64,000 bases of DNA. It comes from Tubiluchus corallicola. Lineage: Eukaryota > Animalia > Priapulida. The stretch is from positions 1-64,000 of the forward strand of contig JAQGDQ010001073.1 of assembly GCA_030141605.1 (NCBI GenBank), read 5' to 3'. Made by a program: the position numbers and the translations under genes. The notes beneath the pieces are model-generated. The model was not told the origin of the DNA. It ran no database searches and worked only from the letters and a program-made list of their open reading frames with translations. Shown piece by piece: positions 39,501 to 52,136 of this stretch. How positions within the stretch are numbered: position 1 is the first letter of the stretch; each line of letters opens with the position of its first letter.

Positions 39501-42500
39501 TCATGCATATTGTACAAATTAAATTTCGCCATTTGAGAAATTAGTAATAGAATATTGCAATACATATGACTAAATTATAAAAATTGTATTCTCACAATGA
39601 TAATGCAATTTTTTATGGATTTGAAGCATATTTGACTCGTTTGTCAAAAAATTCATGCACACAAAAAACTATGTTCACACAACCCGGCAAAATGAGGGAC
39701 CTATACACGCATACCACCATGGCGAAATGGTAGACTGGTACAATTGTACACTAGTTCAAGGATGCCATTGTCTGAACGTGTATTGTACTATTTCTAATAG
39801 ACTGGCAAAATGATAAGCTGGTAAAATGATACACTAGCAAAATGACAAACTGACGAAATATACTAACAAATTTTGTCCTGGTGAAGTAATATACAAGCCC
39901 TTGCTCGTATACGAGTTTTTATGAGAAAATTAAATGTCAAGAATTGACAATAACTGTTTAGACTGCCAGGACCACGTTTCTAATAATATTGCTGCCTTTG
40001 CTGCTTCACCTATACTGCCTTTTCACCGTATATACTCCTCCTTTCATACACTACATGGTCTATTGTGTCTCTAATCGATACAGAGCCGTTTACATGGTAC
40101 CATGTCTATAATGCAGCAAAATCAAATCAAAAATCACACTTCCTGGTTAGCTGTGTGTTTTCTTATAATTGCAGATTCCTATTTGTGACTGACATATTCG
40201 TTAACAGGTGGTGCAGGCAAGCACATGATCTTAGCTAGGAGGGAGAGTGGCTCTTTCTTGCGAAAATGTATATATGGGCAGTCAAGTTCTATAAAACATC
40301 TTGTGGTGTGTTAGCTGCAACGTGTAAATTATTTGCCGCGTTGTTACCAAAGCCAAGTCTAGGTAGGATGCCTTTATGTTATTTACTGAGTAAATATATG
40401 GGTATTCTAAGTTAAGACTAAAAATTCTGACATCTATCGCGAAAAATTCGCACTAAACATCGGTTTAAAATTGTCAGCAACAGGAACAAACAGTAGAAAA
40501 AGCAGCAGAACGAACAAGAATTTATCACAGATAATTTGGACCTAGTGCGGAATGTTCAGCAAGATAGACGGCCACCACGTTTTTCACCAAATATCTTACA
40601 GTAGTACTGTACTTCAATTTTCTCTTTTGCAAACATGTACAACACGCTCGTGGAATATTTTTGCTGTTGAAAATCATGTTAGTTCGTGATATCATCAATA
40701 GTTGGGCTCGCTCCCTATCCCATTAATTATGTTTTTAATCTATTATTTAATTATCAGATACGCGTTTACAATATTAATTGTGTTAAATATGTACACTCTT
40801 TATCGGATTTGAAAATGGGGTAGTACATGTATGTGAAAAATCATCCTGTCTTCCTTTGAGCTGTCTAAAAGCCCACTGGATGCTAAGACGAGCGCCAGAT
40901 ATATTTCTACTAGACTTAATATTATTTATTTTGATGTGATTCACAGTAAATGTGCATACAGTTTATACGTCAGGCTGAATAAGAGTGAAAATTTTATATG
41001 CAAGAACATTTTAAACAGTGATGTAAACTTTTCTTCTGTAATTAGACCTTATTGGCCTAGTTTGTTATATCGTTAATTGTTATTTGTGTTATTGTTGTGT
41101 GTCATGATTTATTGTATTATTTTTATTAATTTGTGATATGTATATGAACTTTGTGAGGTTTGAAATAAAATATTAAATCTAAATCTAAGTATTTCAGAGC
41201 ATTCCGTGTAACATATGTACACACGACAGTTATATATATATATATATGGTTATTATTGATAATTGTCATTTTAAACTTTTTATTTTGTATACCTCTTGGA
41301 TTAGGGGTATGCCCGCTGATTGTATGAAAAGACCTGGAAAAACTCGTTGTGGGGTTTTTGTTTACCTATGGTCGTTTCTTATTCTCTCTTCCTTCTTCCT
41401 ATCCCAAATCTTACTATTTTTTCCATTCCATCATGCCTACTAACCCTAGCCATTCTTTCATTCACTCATTTGTGCCACCTTAACAAGCCAAGCTTTCAAG
41501 GTGTCATACAGCAACTCTTTTATTTAGTTAATTTGACTTTATCAAAATTGTATGTTTTTGTATTGTACATGTATTGCTGGAGTGAAATAAATTGATTGAT
41601 TGAGCTATAACTTGGAATCAGTGGGGCTCGTCAAACTCAATTACAATATTGTATAATATAGAGAGGGCAAGTTGTTTACTCTCAGATGTCAGAATCATTA
41701 CAGGTCTGAATTGCAGGCCTAAATCTTACCTGGCATGTTAGGCAAAGTCCAACCATCAACTTTCTTCGTTGGAACTGCTATCACTTTATCCGCAACCCAT
41801 TTATTAAACTAGATAATGACAAAAACGCAAAAATTATTTATTTAATAGCATTAAAACAAACTGTTGAAGTTATAAAAATAGCCTATCGCGACCATGTTGC
41901 CAATGTGGAAGTCCTACAGCAGGCGCAGTCAAGGCGGTTGCAGGAAATAGTCGCAGAGAGAAGGCTGAGATTGGCTGGACATATTCTACGCCTACCAGAA
42001 CAACGCCACTCCAAAATAGCGTTACGCTGGGAACCACCTCGTGGAAAAAGGAAAAGAGGTCGGCCAAAAACAACATGGCGCAGATCTTTCAAATACCTTC
42101 GGGCTATGAACAGACGTTGGGAGAACATCGAAAGAGAAGCCGCCGATAGAACCCAGTGGAAAATGCTGTCTGCCCAATGTGCATCTGTGCACGGGAAGGA
42201 CTAAGGTCTAAGGTAAGATAATACAAACTGTAGGTAACATTGGTAACCCCTCAAGTACTAGACTTAATATACACTAAAATTACGACATACTTTCTTACAG
42301 ACAAACCAATGGGTTCCTGTATTTTTCTACTTGCAAAGTTTTGTTGAACGATGGCAAAAAGGGTTTTTCTTAGGTCCACATGCAAATGTTTGATGAATTT
42401 TACTTTTATCTAATGAACCATTGCTAGTGTCATGATACAACGGCAATATCAAAATACTGGTTCCCGTAAATTCACAAGATGGACAATTTAAACAATACGA

Positions 42501-45500
42501 AAGTTAAAGGCAAGCTCACCTTGTTTCTGTAAATATGGAAAACTGTGGAGCTGAATGCACAACCAACGAATCCATGAATAGAACGAGGATTGTGTAGAAA
42601 TCTAACTTCAAGTGGCATGTAACCATCTTCTCCCAAATCCAATGTTTGAAGCCAAGTCTTCTCTTTCCAATTCCAGAACGTCAAGTGTCTTCCATACAGT
42701 CCTGGAAAGCATTATTATAGATTCGTAACAGCAACTATAATAAATTTACTTGTCCGCTTAAGTATTGCAGAATTAATTTTAAAATGTTGTCAGAAACAGT
42801 GTAATGAAGCTAGGCTTAATCTAGATTTTATTGTTAAACTTTAGCAGCACAGTTTCTCTTTCCGATTCTTTAGCTTTTGTCTTTTTCAGTCATGTACACT
42901 ACATGGAGTCATCCTGAATTGTGAGGTTGTCAAATACACAACACAGGGTCACCCAGGATTATGCCGCCTTCAAGTACATTATACAGGGTTCATTTAAGAC
43001 TGTACGACAGACAACTACACCGTACAGGGTCATTCAGGACTGTACAACTGTTAAGTACACAACACAGGGTCATTCAGGATTATGCCGCCCTCAAGTACAT
43101 TATACAGGGTCATTCAGGACTGTACGACAGTTAACTACACCGTACAGGGTCATTCAGGACTGTACGATCATTAAGTACACCATACAGGGTCATTTAGGAC
43201 TGTACGACAGTCAACTACACCGTACAGGGTCATTCAGGACTGTACGATCATTAAGTACACCATACAGGGTCATTTAGGACTGTACGACCGTCAAGTACAC
43301 TATACAGGGTCATCCAGGACTGTACGACAGTCAACTACACCATACAGGGTCATTCAGGACTGTACGACCGTCAACTACACCGTACAGGGTCATTCAGGAC
43401 TGTACGATCATTAAGTGCACCTTACAGGGTCATTCAGGACTGTACGACCGTCAAGTACACAGTACAGGGTCATTCAGGACTGTACGATCATTAAGTGCAC
43501 CTTACAGGGTCATTCAGGACTGTACGACCGTCAAGTACACAGTACAGGGTCATTCAGGACTGTACGATCATTAAGTACACCTTACAGGGTCATTCAGGAC
43601 TGTACGACCGTCAAGTACACCGTACAGGGTCATTTAGGACTGTGCGATCATTAAGTACACAGTACAGAGTCATTCAGGACTGTACGACCGTCAACATTAT
43701 ACAGAGTCAGCCAAGACTGTGTGGCCGTCACTATTACTGACTCCAACCGTCTCTGGTGGGAAGACGAGTTCAGAACATAGCCTTTGTCTTGTACACACGT
43801 AATTTGAAGATTTTAGTCTACTTATAGATTTACATCTGCACCTTACATTTACATTTAATAAAATTAATTCTTCTTTGATACACTGTTAGAAAGGATAAAT
43901 GGTTTACCATCTTTGAGATGCTGAAGATTAAAGCTGCTTTTAAATGCAGACGGTGCGCCCCATGAACTGGAAATCATGATGTTGTGATATGGCTGGTACC
44001 AATAATCATAACCGAAAGGAGCGGTTCCGCTTTGTTCCCATTTTGCTTTGACATTAAATGTCTTTCCGTCAAGCACAAGAAAACTACCTGCATATTAAAA
44101 TTATTTGAAAATGAACTTGTAATAATTGCACTAGTAATTTTGTAGTATGTTTGGGTAAAATACATTTTTTGGCCGACCTTGCCGCCTGTTGCTCATTTTT
44201 GTCTCAAAACCATGCAGGCTGCTTATAATGATCTAATCAACTTTTGGAGGTAGTCGATAAGAGTTAAATTAGCCAGCAACTTGCGCTAAGCATAATGCAA
44301 ATAGCCTAGTATTCTGCCTGCATATCAGTGCAAAGGAAGTCGTTAGATTACGCCTTGAATTCGTGCACTTAAACAAATTTATAGGACGTAATATAACAGC
44401 ATGTAAAAAGAAATAATGAATTCCTAAAAATAACAAGACAGAAAGCAATAGCACTGTGAAAAAATGTGAAGGATAATACGAATGTATTATATGAATAGGA
44501 ATGGTGAGTTCTCAGTTCGTTGAAAAGATTTATGTTCTAATTACGAATCTAAACTTTTGCTTTGGAATAACCAGTATAGGGTCGGTTAATGACACATTTT
44601 TATTGTACAATGTACCTTTTGCTTTACCATCTCTTGTACCCATTGTACTAATCATTACTTCACCACTTGCAAGACAATGTGAGGTGTGTGGCGTACTCAA
44701 GTCTAGATCTTTGTAATCTTCTGGCTCCACAATCTAAACAAATTTAGATTTAATTTTAACGCCTATAGTCATTGTAACGAACAACAAAATCGACAACTTC
44801 GTAAAAACACATCATTCCGTATCTGAAGTTTGACTGATCACCGGTAAGATAAGGGTAATGAATCATTTCAAGTAAAATGGTGTGGCTTCTTACGTTACAA
44901 TCGATATTTTTGTTTGTTGCCAAATCCTTAAGAAAAGTAAACAGTTAAAAACGAATTAATTGCACATTTAGTTTATGTCGTCATTCTAAGTATTTTATGA
45001 AAAATGCTTTTGTAATCGTAAAAAGGAAGGGCAATAATTTAATACACTCATACACTACACAATGCACTCATACACTACACAATACACTCATACACTACAC
45101 AATACACTACACTACACAATACACTCATACAATACACAATGCACTCATACACTACAAAATACACTCATACACTACACAATACACTCATACACTACACAAT
45201 ACACTCATACAATACACAATGCACTCATGCACTACACAATACACTCATACACTACACAATACACTCATACAATACACACTGCACTCATACACTACAAAAT
45301 ACACTCATACACTACACAATACACTCATACACTACACAATACACTCATAAACTACACAATAAACTCAAACACTACACAATACACTCATACACCCACAATA
45401 CACTCATACACTACACAATACACTCATACACTACACAATACACTCATACACTACACAATACACTCATACACTACACAATACACTCATACACCACACAATA

Positions 45501-48500
45501 CACTCATACACTACACAATACACTCATACCCCACACAATACACACATACACCACACAATACACTCATACACTACACAATACACTCATACACCACACAATA
45601 CACTCATACACTACACAATACACTCATACGCTACACAATACACTCATACACCACATAATACACACATACACCACACAATACACTCATACACTACACAATA
45701 CACTCATACACCACACAATACACTCATACACTACACAATACACTCATACACCACACAATACACTCATACACTACACAATACACACATACACTACACAATA
45801 CACTCATACACCACACAATACACTCATACACCACACAATACACTCATACACAACACAATACACTCATACACTACACAATACACTCATACACCACACAATA
45901 CACTCATACACTACACAATACACTCATACACCACACAATACACTCATACACTACATAATACACTCATACACTACACAATACACTCATACACTACACAATA
46001 CACTCATACAATACACAATGCACTCATACACTACAAAATACACTCATACACTACACAATACACTCATACACTACACAATACACTCATACAATACACAATG
46101 CACTCATACACTACACAATACACTCATACACTACACAATACACTCATACAATACACAATGCACTCATACACTACAAAATACACTCATACACTACACAATA
46201 CACTCATACACTACACAATACACTCATACACTACACAATACACTCATACACTACACAATACACTCGTACACTACACAATACACTCATACACTACACAATA
46301 CACTCATACACTACACAATACACTCATACACCCACAATACACTCATACATTCAAATACACACATACACCACACAATACTCTCATACACTACACAATACAC
46401 TCATACACCTACAATACACTCATACATTCAAATAACACTCGTACACTCCACAATACACTCATACACTACACAATACACTCATACACCCACAATGCACTCA
46501 TACACCCACAATACACTCATACAATACACAATACACTCATACATACATTCAAATAAACACATACACTACACAATACACTCATACACCCACAATGCACTCA
46601 TACACCCACAATGCACTCATACACCCACAATGCACTCATACACTACACAATACACTCATACACCCACAATGCACTCATACACCCACAATGCACTCATACA
46701 CTACACAATACACTTATACACCCACAATGCACTCATACACCCACAATACACTCATACACTACACAATACACTCATACACCCACAATGCACTCATACACCC
46801 ACAATGCACTCATACATTCAAATGGACAGATTTAGTGTGGAGAACTTGAGGAGTAATGAAAACTCAAAGTTTTTTTTTTAACTTAAACCCCAAAAAGAAC
46901 TGAAAACTTGAGATTAACAGTTTTTTCAATTTCTATAATTTCACAAATGAAACCTAGGTTGGTTAACGCTTGGCTAATAATTCTACTTTTTAGACTAAAC
47001 TATTGATGTGACTGATATGCGTACTTTGTAGAGTTTTGGTGCACGTTCATCTTCCGCCACATTTATGACGTAGACCCTGCTGCTGTTCAAACAAGGCAAG
47101 ATGAGCTTTGATCTCGTTACATTTGGATCTGGATAACAACTACTGCACGCGTCCCAACCAGAATGATGAACTTCGTCTCCAATGTTGGGCATCTTGCAGC
47201 GATGGATCACCTTAACAAAAAATACGGTAGCTGCGCTGTGTTTTTGTAGTCTTTCTAAACTCGTTTTATTTTCTCTCGTAAAGGCCTGAATCATAATAGT
47301 AGAGTAGCTGACTGTTCCATAGAAGAAGCAAAAAATGTAAAATTTTTAGGCATTACTGTCGATAATAAACTCACTTGGTTGAACAGTTTCATCAAATACA
47401 CAACAAGATGGCATTAAGCACGGCATTCTTATGCCTACCCAGAGGCCATCTAACCAAGAAAACAAAAATTCTCGTCTACAAAAGTCTAATATTACCACAT
47501 TATCTATATGGTTGCACTTTACTTCAAAACGTTAAAAATGAAAACTTTAGAAAACTAAATACAATGCAAAACTACGCACTTGGATTAATTCATGGCTACT
47601 CTAACAAAACTGCTAAACAACATACTGCTTCTGCAACAAGCTTAGAAACGTCCACAAAAATACCAGTATTAGAAGCCTGTCGAGATTACAAAGCACTGAT
47701 ATTTCTTTATAAATATATCAATAAACTGAGCATTCCGTTTATAAAAAATCCTTTATAATTGATTCCTGATACCACTTTACACAATAGAACGCACAATTTA
47801 AAGTAAATTACAGTAAACAATAAATTTGGAAATAAGTCTATATCAAAACAAGCCATACATTTATGGAACTTACTACCTAGTGAAATAAAACTAATAGAAT
47901 CTCTCCACCACTTTAAAAAGAAATTGAAAGAATATCAACATAACAGGTCTCAACTTCCACATTGTGCATCTGATACAAATTACACAGACTCAACTTTCAT
48001 CTACCCCCGCCCCTGACTCCATCAAACGATAAGAATGTAAAATTTTTAAAAAAATATATAATGTAATACGTGTTATGTTAGCTTTTTATTGTATGTATAA
48101 ATTTTATTGTCAAATGTATAAATAGTGTAAATGTAATGAGTGAAATTTACTTAATGTAAAGCATGTTTCTGTTAATTGCGTCATGTCAAATGTATATATA
48201 GTGTAAAATATGTCATGTAAAATTTAATGTACTTTGTAATATTTTAATAAAAATATTATATATTATTTTATTAAAAATATTTTAATATGGTGTTTGTAAA
48301 TATATTCATTTATTGTATGTAATTAGGCCTTAGTTTTGCACTTTAGTTTTTTTTAGTTTGCACTGGACGCATTTGTGTTGTTATTTTAACATTACGCTGA
48401 GGCTTGCTCAATTTTATTATAATGAGTGAACCATTTTAATGACAAATGATGATTTAATAATAGAAAAAGAAACTTGCAACTTCGATCCATAAGCAAATAA

Positions 48501-49888
48501 GTGAGTGAGTAAGTGAGTGAGTGAGTGAGTGAGTGAGTGAGTGAGTGAGTGAGTCAACGAGTGAGTGAGTGAGTGAGTGAGTGAGTGAGTGAGTGAGTGA
48601 ATGAGTGAATGAGTGAGTGAGTGAGTGAGTGAGTGAGTGAATGAGAGAATGAGTGAGTGAGTGAGTGAGTGAATGAGTGAATGAGTGAATGCGTGAGTGA
48701 GTGAGTGAGTGAATGAGTGAGTGAGTGAGTGAGTGAATGAGTAAGTGAGTGAGTGAGTGAATGAGTGAGTGAGTGAGTGAGTGAGTGAGTGAGTGAATGA
48801 GTGAATGAGTGAATGAGTGAATGAGTGAATGGTGAGTGAGTGAGTGAGAGTGTGTACTTCTGTTAAACTGACGAGGCCTTACCGTAGCTATGTAGCTCAT
48901 TTAGTACCAGTATGTAATGGCTTCGTAATGGATCGAACCACCAAATGTAGGCAGGGCACGAAAATAAACGTCATTTCACCCACGTTACAGTATTTTACAA
49001 TCATTCATGGACACTCTTACCTGTGAATACGTGGGCGAGGAGGGGTCTACATCAACAGATGCCAGGTAGTCTGACTTGCCTTTGCTGGCATCAGCAATAC
49101 ATGTTGTGTAAAGAAGTTTCTCGCGGAGTCCGTTTTTAATAGCATCTTCAGGATCACGATATCCTGGACCGTGCTGACAACAATCTAGATGAATTAAGCA
49201 ATGCAGACAGGTACTAGTCATCCAATTACACAAGTACTAGTGTAAAAAATTAACTGCAAGCCTAGTATATGCTTCTCTTGTCTATTTAGACCAGTTACGC
49301 AGAAAGCAAAAAATTAATTTCGGAAAGGACGGCAAGGTTGAAATTAAATATCTGTATCATTTTGTGCTAGCTTTAAAAGATATAGTTACTGATTCAATGA
49401 AATAATAGCTGTATCCATTATCCATTTAAGCAAATGGGTAAAATGACCAAATGGGGAATCTTCATCAATAAAGTGCTTCAAAAGAATTATTTTTATCAGT
49501 TTGGCTTCAAGATTACAAAAAAAAACAATAAATGATTAGTAACTTCATGACAATTAATAAAAATCGATTGTTACTATTAACTGCTTTTACTAATTTACTT
49601 AATACATTTTCAATGTTTGAAGAGCTTATTGTTATTATTATCAAAAACATTAGTTTCTACCAGGTTTTTAAAGCACGCCTGGAGTTGTTGATGTGGCACC
49701 ATTTCCAATGTTCTGTGTTTTACAGTCAGTTGGTAAATTGAGTGCATCATAAGTGAAGGACATGTATTTGCATAGGCACGAAGCGCCAACCGTCTCTTTC
49801 TCAAGGTGGAAGAATAACAACGATTCTATTAAAAAATTTTATATTTACCTTGCCCAACGTCTGCACGTACACCATCCCAGCACCACAT
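36599..49888 (-). CDS. SELENBP1: Methanethiol oxidase / selenium-binding protein 1
   Basis: Ten phase-consistent exons: 49849-49888 (least certain), 49021-49184, 47025-47210, 44616-44733, 43908-44087, 42520-42701, 41730-41808, 39239-39360, 38219-38430, 36599-36764. Motifs: [97 protein letters not shown]. Confidence 0.95.
37366..37853 (+). mobile_element. Short internally deleted RTE-clade retroelement with a 17-bp TSD
   Basis: RTE-type 5' UTR (GCTGGTCCCAAGCCCGGATAAATAGGGAGGGTT...GGCATCC), ORF scraps ([26 protein letters not shown]), and 3' GACCCCACATAGGGAAAAGCTGG(GAA)n. TSD ACTAATTTAAAATATTC at 37349-37365 and 37854-37870. Confidence 0.85.
41880..42216 (+). mobile_element. 5'-truncated RTE/RTEX LINE 3' end
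   Basis: [38 protein letters not shown]...DRTQW, then a stop and a TAAGGTCTAAGGTAAG tail. Confidence 0.85.
42935..43710 (+). repeat. 40-bp minisatellite, ~19 units, with alternating variants
   Basis: TACAGGGTCATTCAGGACTGTACGA followed by a 15-nt variant segment. Confidence 0.95.
45041..46818 (+). repeat. 20-bp minisatellite (CACAATACACTCATACACTA)n, degenerating to 19-mers
   Basis: Read directly; it is the source of the 580-aa H/T/Y pseudo-ORF. Confidence 0.97.
47340..48380 (+). mobile_element. LINE 3' fragment from the same family as 6078-7700
   Basis: KMALST..L...[19 protein letters not shown]...K.P.LEA.RDY..L.FLYKYIN is shared between the two copies, as is the 3' UTR motif TTGCACYRGACGCATTTG. 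Confidence 0.85.
48498..48850 (+). repeat. (GAGT)n/(GAAT) microsatellite
   Basis: Read directly. Confidence 0.95.
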
Positions 49889-50025
49889 TCTGCACTACCA
49901 GGGATCTCTACCGCCAAGTGACAGTCAGCTCACTTCACACTGTATACTGGGACAGTAAACCGACCTGGACTGGGCGAATCCGCCTGTTTTTTAAATAAAT
50001 TGAAGTTCTAGGGGTTTGAAAGTGT

Positions 50026-50382
50026 TTGGAGCGGCGCTAGATAACCTTGAAGGAATATTAGCACCCGAGGTAATTTACCTGTGTGTCTCCAGATGTAAAA
50101 AAGTTTACCTTTGGAGCGGCGCTCGATAACCTTGAAGGAATATTAACACCCGAGGTAATTTACCTGTGTACCTCCAGATGTAATGTCAGGTGTAGTCAGC
50201 GGCCAATAAGGAGTAGCTGTCAATTATGAATTCAGGAATGCTTTTCTTTGGAGCGGCGCTAGACAACATTGAAGGAACATTAGCACCCGAGGTAATTTAC
50301 CTGTGCCTCCAGATGTAATGTCAGGTATAGTCAGCGAGCAGTAAGGACTAGCTGTCAATTATTCATTCAGGAATGCTTTTCT
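50026..50382. repeat. Three-copy direct repeat immediately upstream of SELENBP1
   Basis: TTGGAGCGGCGCTAGATAACCTTGAAGGAATATTAGCACCCGAGGTAATTTACCTGTG at ~50026, 50111 and 50248. Confidence 0.85.
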
Positions 50383-51073
50383 TCGGATTTAAATTTTAAA
50401 TATAAATTTATATCCAAGAGCCACTTAACAGATCAACATTTGCAGATAAAACTGTCATTACTCCTAATATTAATTTGTTTGTTTTACAAAACAATAAAGC
50501 AACTTCTAACAGTTTTCCTATTTCTCCTCCGCTATTATTTTCTCGTACTCTCCTGGTTGCATGTCCTGAATATTTTAGTTAAAACTCTCAAATTTGAGCT
50601 ATTAATATAGAACCTGAAAGTGGTGTGATGCGCTCATCGTTAAACGTGAACAACTAAGTATCCCAGTTCCCTTAAAGGAAGACCGGACGATTGTTTAGAT
50701 TCAATCTCATTTTAATTTACTGTACAAAATATACAATTTCTTGCTTATAAAAGTTATCAATTGTTCCTTATATTTGAATAATTAGCTTAGAAAGTTAATT
50801 AACGTCAACCGAACACAGCTATTGCTTACGTCAGAAACTAACAACAGTTTGTGCAATGGGAGGCGTCAACCCTAACGCATCAAGCACATATGGATAAATG
50901 TTACAGTACTGTTTAAATGCATGATGTCACGAAAAATTGGCTCTACATTATATGACGTCAGAAACTAACACTGCAGATCATGGTCATCGAGTTACGGTTA
51001 GGGTTGGGGTTGGGGTTAGGAATACAGATGTATAAAAATAACCTACCTGCATAAATACACACACGCACGCACG

Positions 51074-51110
<37 letters not shown>

Positions 51111-52136
51111 ACTTATTAATCGCATGATGTCACGAAAAATGGGCTCTACATCATATGACGTCAGAAACTAACACTGCAGTTCATGATCATGGTCATCGCG
51201 GTACCGCCTTCTATTTGTCGGCCACGCGAATGTGACAAAAAGGCGCCGTTGCTAATCTTAGTAGATTCACTGAGCCGCGCGTAGCTTTGGAAGTTTAACG
51301 AAATTTGAGTATCCGAGGTAATTATTATTTAATCTAAGCTTTGATTTAAAATAAACTACTGTAGTTTTCAACTTTTTAGAACATTCTTTATTCTCGTGTT
51401 CACACAATCATCCTGTTTTCCTTTAAAAACTCTGTACAACCTAGTAAAAAAGGATAATGTTTTTAGTTAAATTCGTGTGGCTTAGCTGATCGATAATTTG
51501 GAAGAAACAGTAGTATTTCTCTAAATTATATTACTGTGAAAACCAGTTACTGTAGTGTTTCGTATCTTACATAATCTTTGCATGTTTTAATGTTGGAGCT
51601 GAATGTTTAAGGACTGTCATGTTATGAGCAACTTATGCATAGAAAGGCATTATTCTTATGCAGTACTGCAAAACAAACCAGGGCGATTTTTAGAGAAAAT
51701 TCGTTTATCTTTATCTCGAAAATGTCGAAAAAGGAAAGTTGGACCCAGGGACGCAAAAAAAACAATTTATAGCTTAAGCCATGAAACGAATGATCAAAAC
51801 GTTAAATGGGCAGGACGTCAGAAGTTTTTTTGCCTCTGTGCGCTACAAGTACTTGCTCTGTCACTGAACTTACAACAAGTACAATAAACTAAAATTTACC
51901 CACACTGTAGCAGGATATTGTGCTAGTGGCTTCATACGGTTACTAAGATTCAAATTAGGTCAAAATCTCTATTAATTTTTGCTTTAAGAATCACAAAGCC
52001 TGTAACAGGTCTGCGACACATTAACAAGTAAATGTCAACAAAAACTCGAATTACAACATACATAAATTAAAATTAATTTACAGGTGGATTACGTTCCATT
52101 GTAAATGCTCCCATGGGAAGAGCTTCTAAGTATTGC

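Noticed and set aside
35119-43710. CRISPR-like appearance of the 59-, 54- and 40-bp arrays
   Set aside because: There are no unique spacers (the variable parts are homologous), no cas genes, and the context is eukaryotic and intronic/intergenic.
45139-46881. 580-aa His/Thr/Tyr-rich ORF and other low-complexity ORFs (5695, 7704, 11581, 48454, 60648, 63588)
   Set aside because: These are translations of simple repeats that are open in several frames.
48860-48930. CTGACGAG hairpin as a hammerhead or SECIS element
   Set aside because: GTAA replaces GAAA and there is no stem I partner. It also lacks the GA quartet, lies antisense within an intron, and SELENBP1 has no in-frame TGA.
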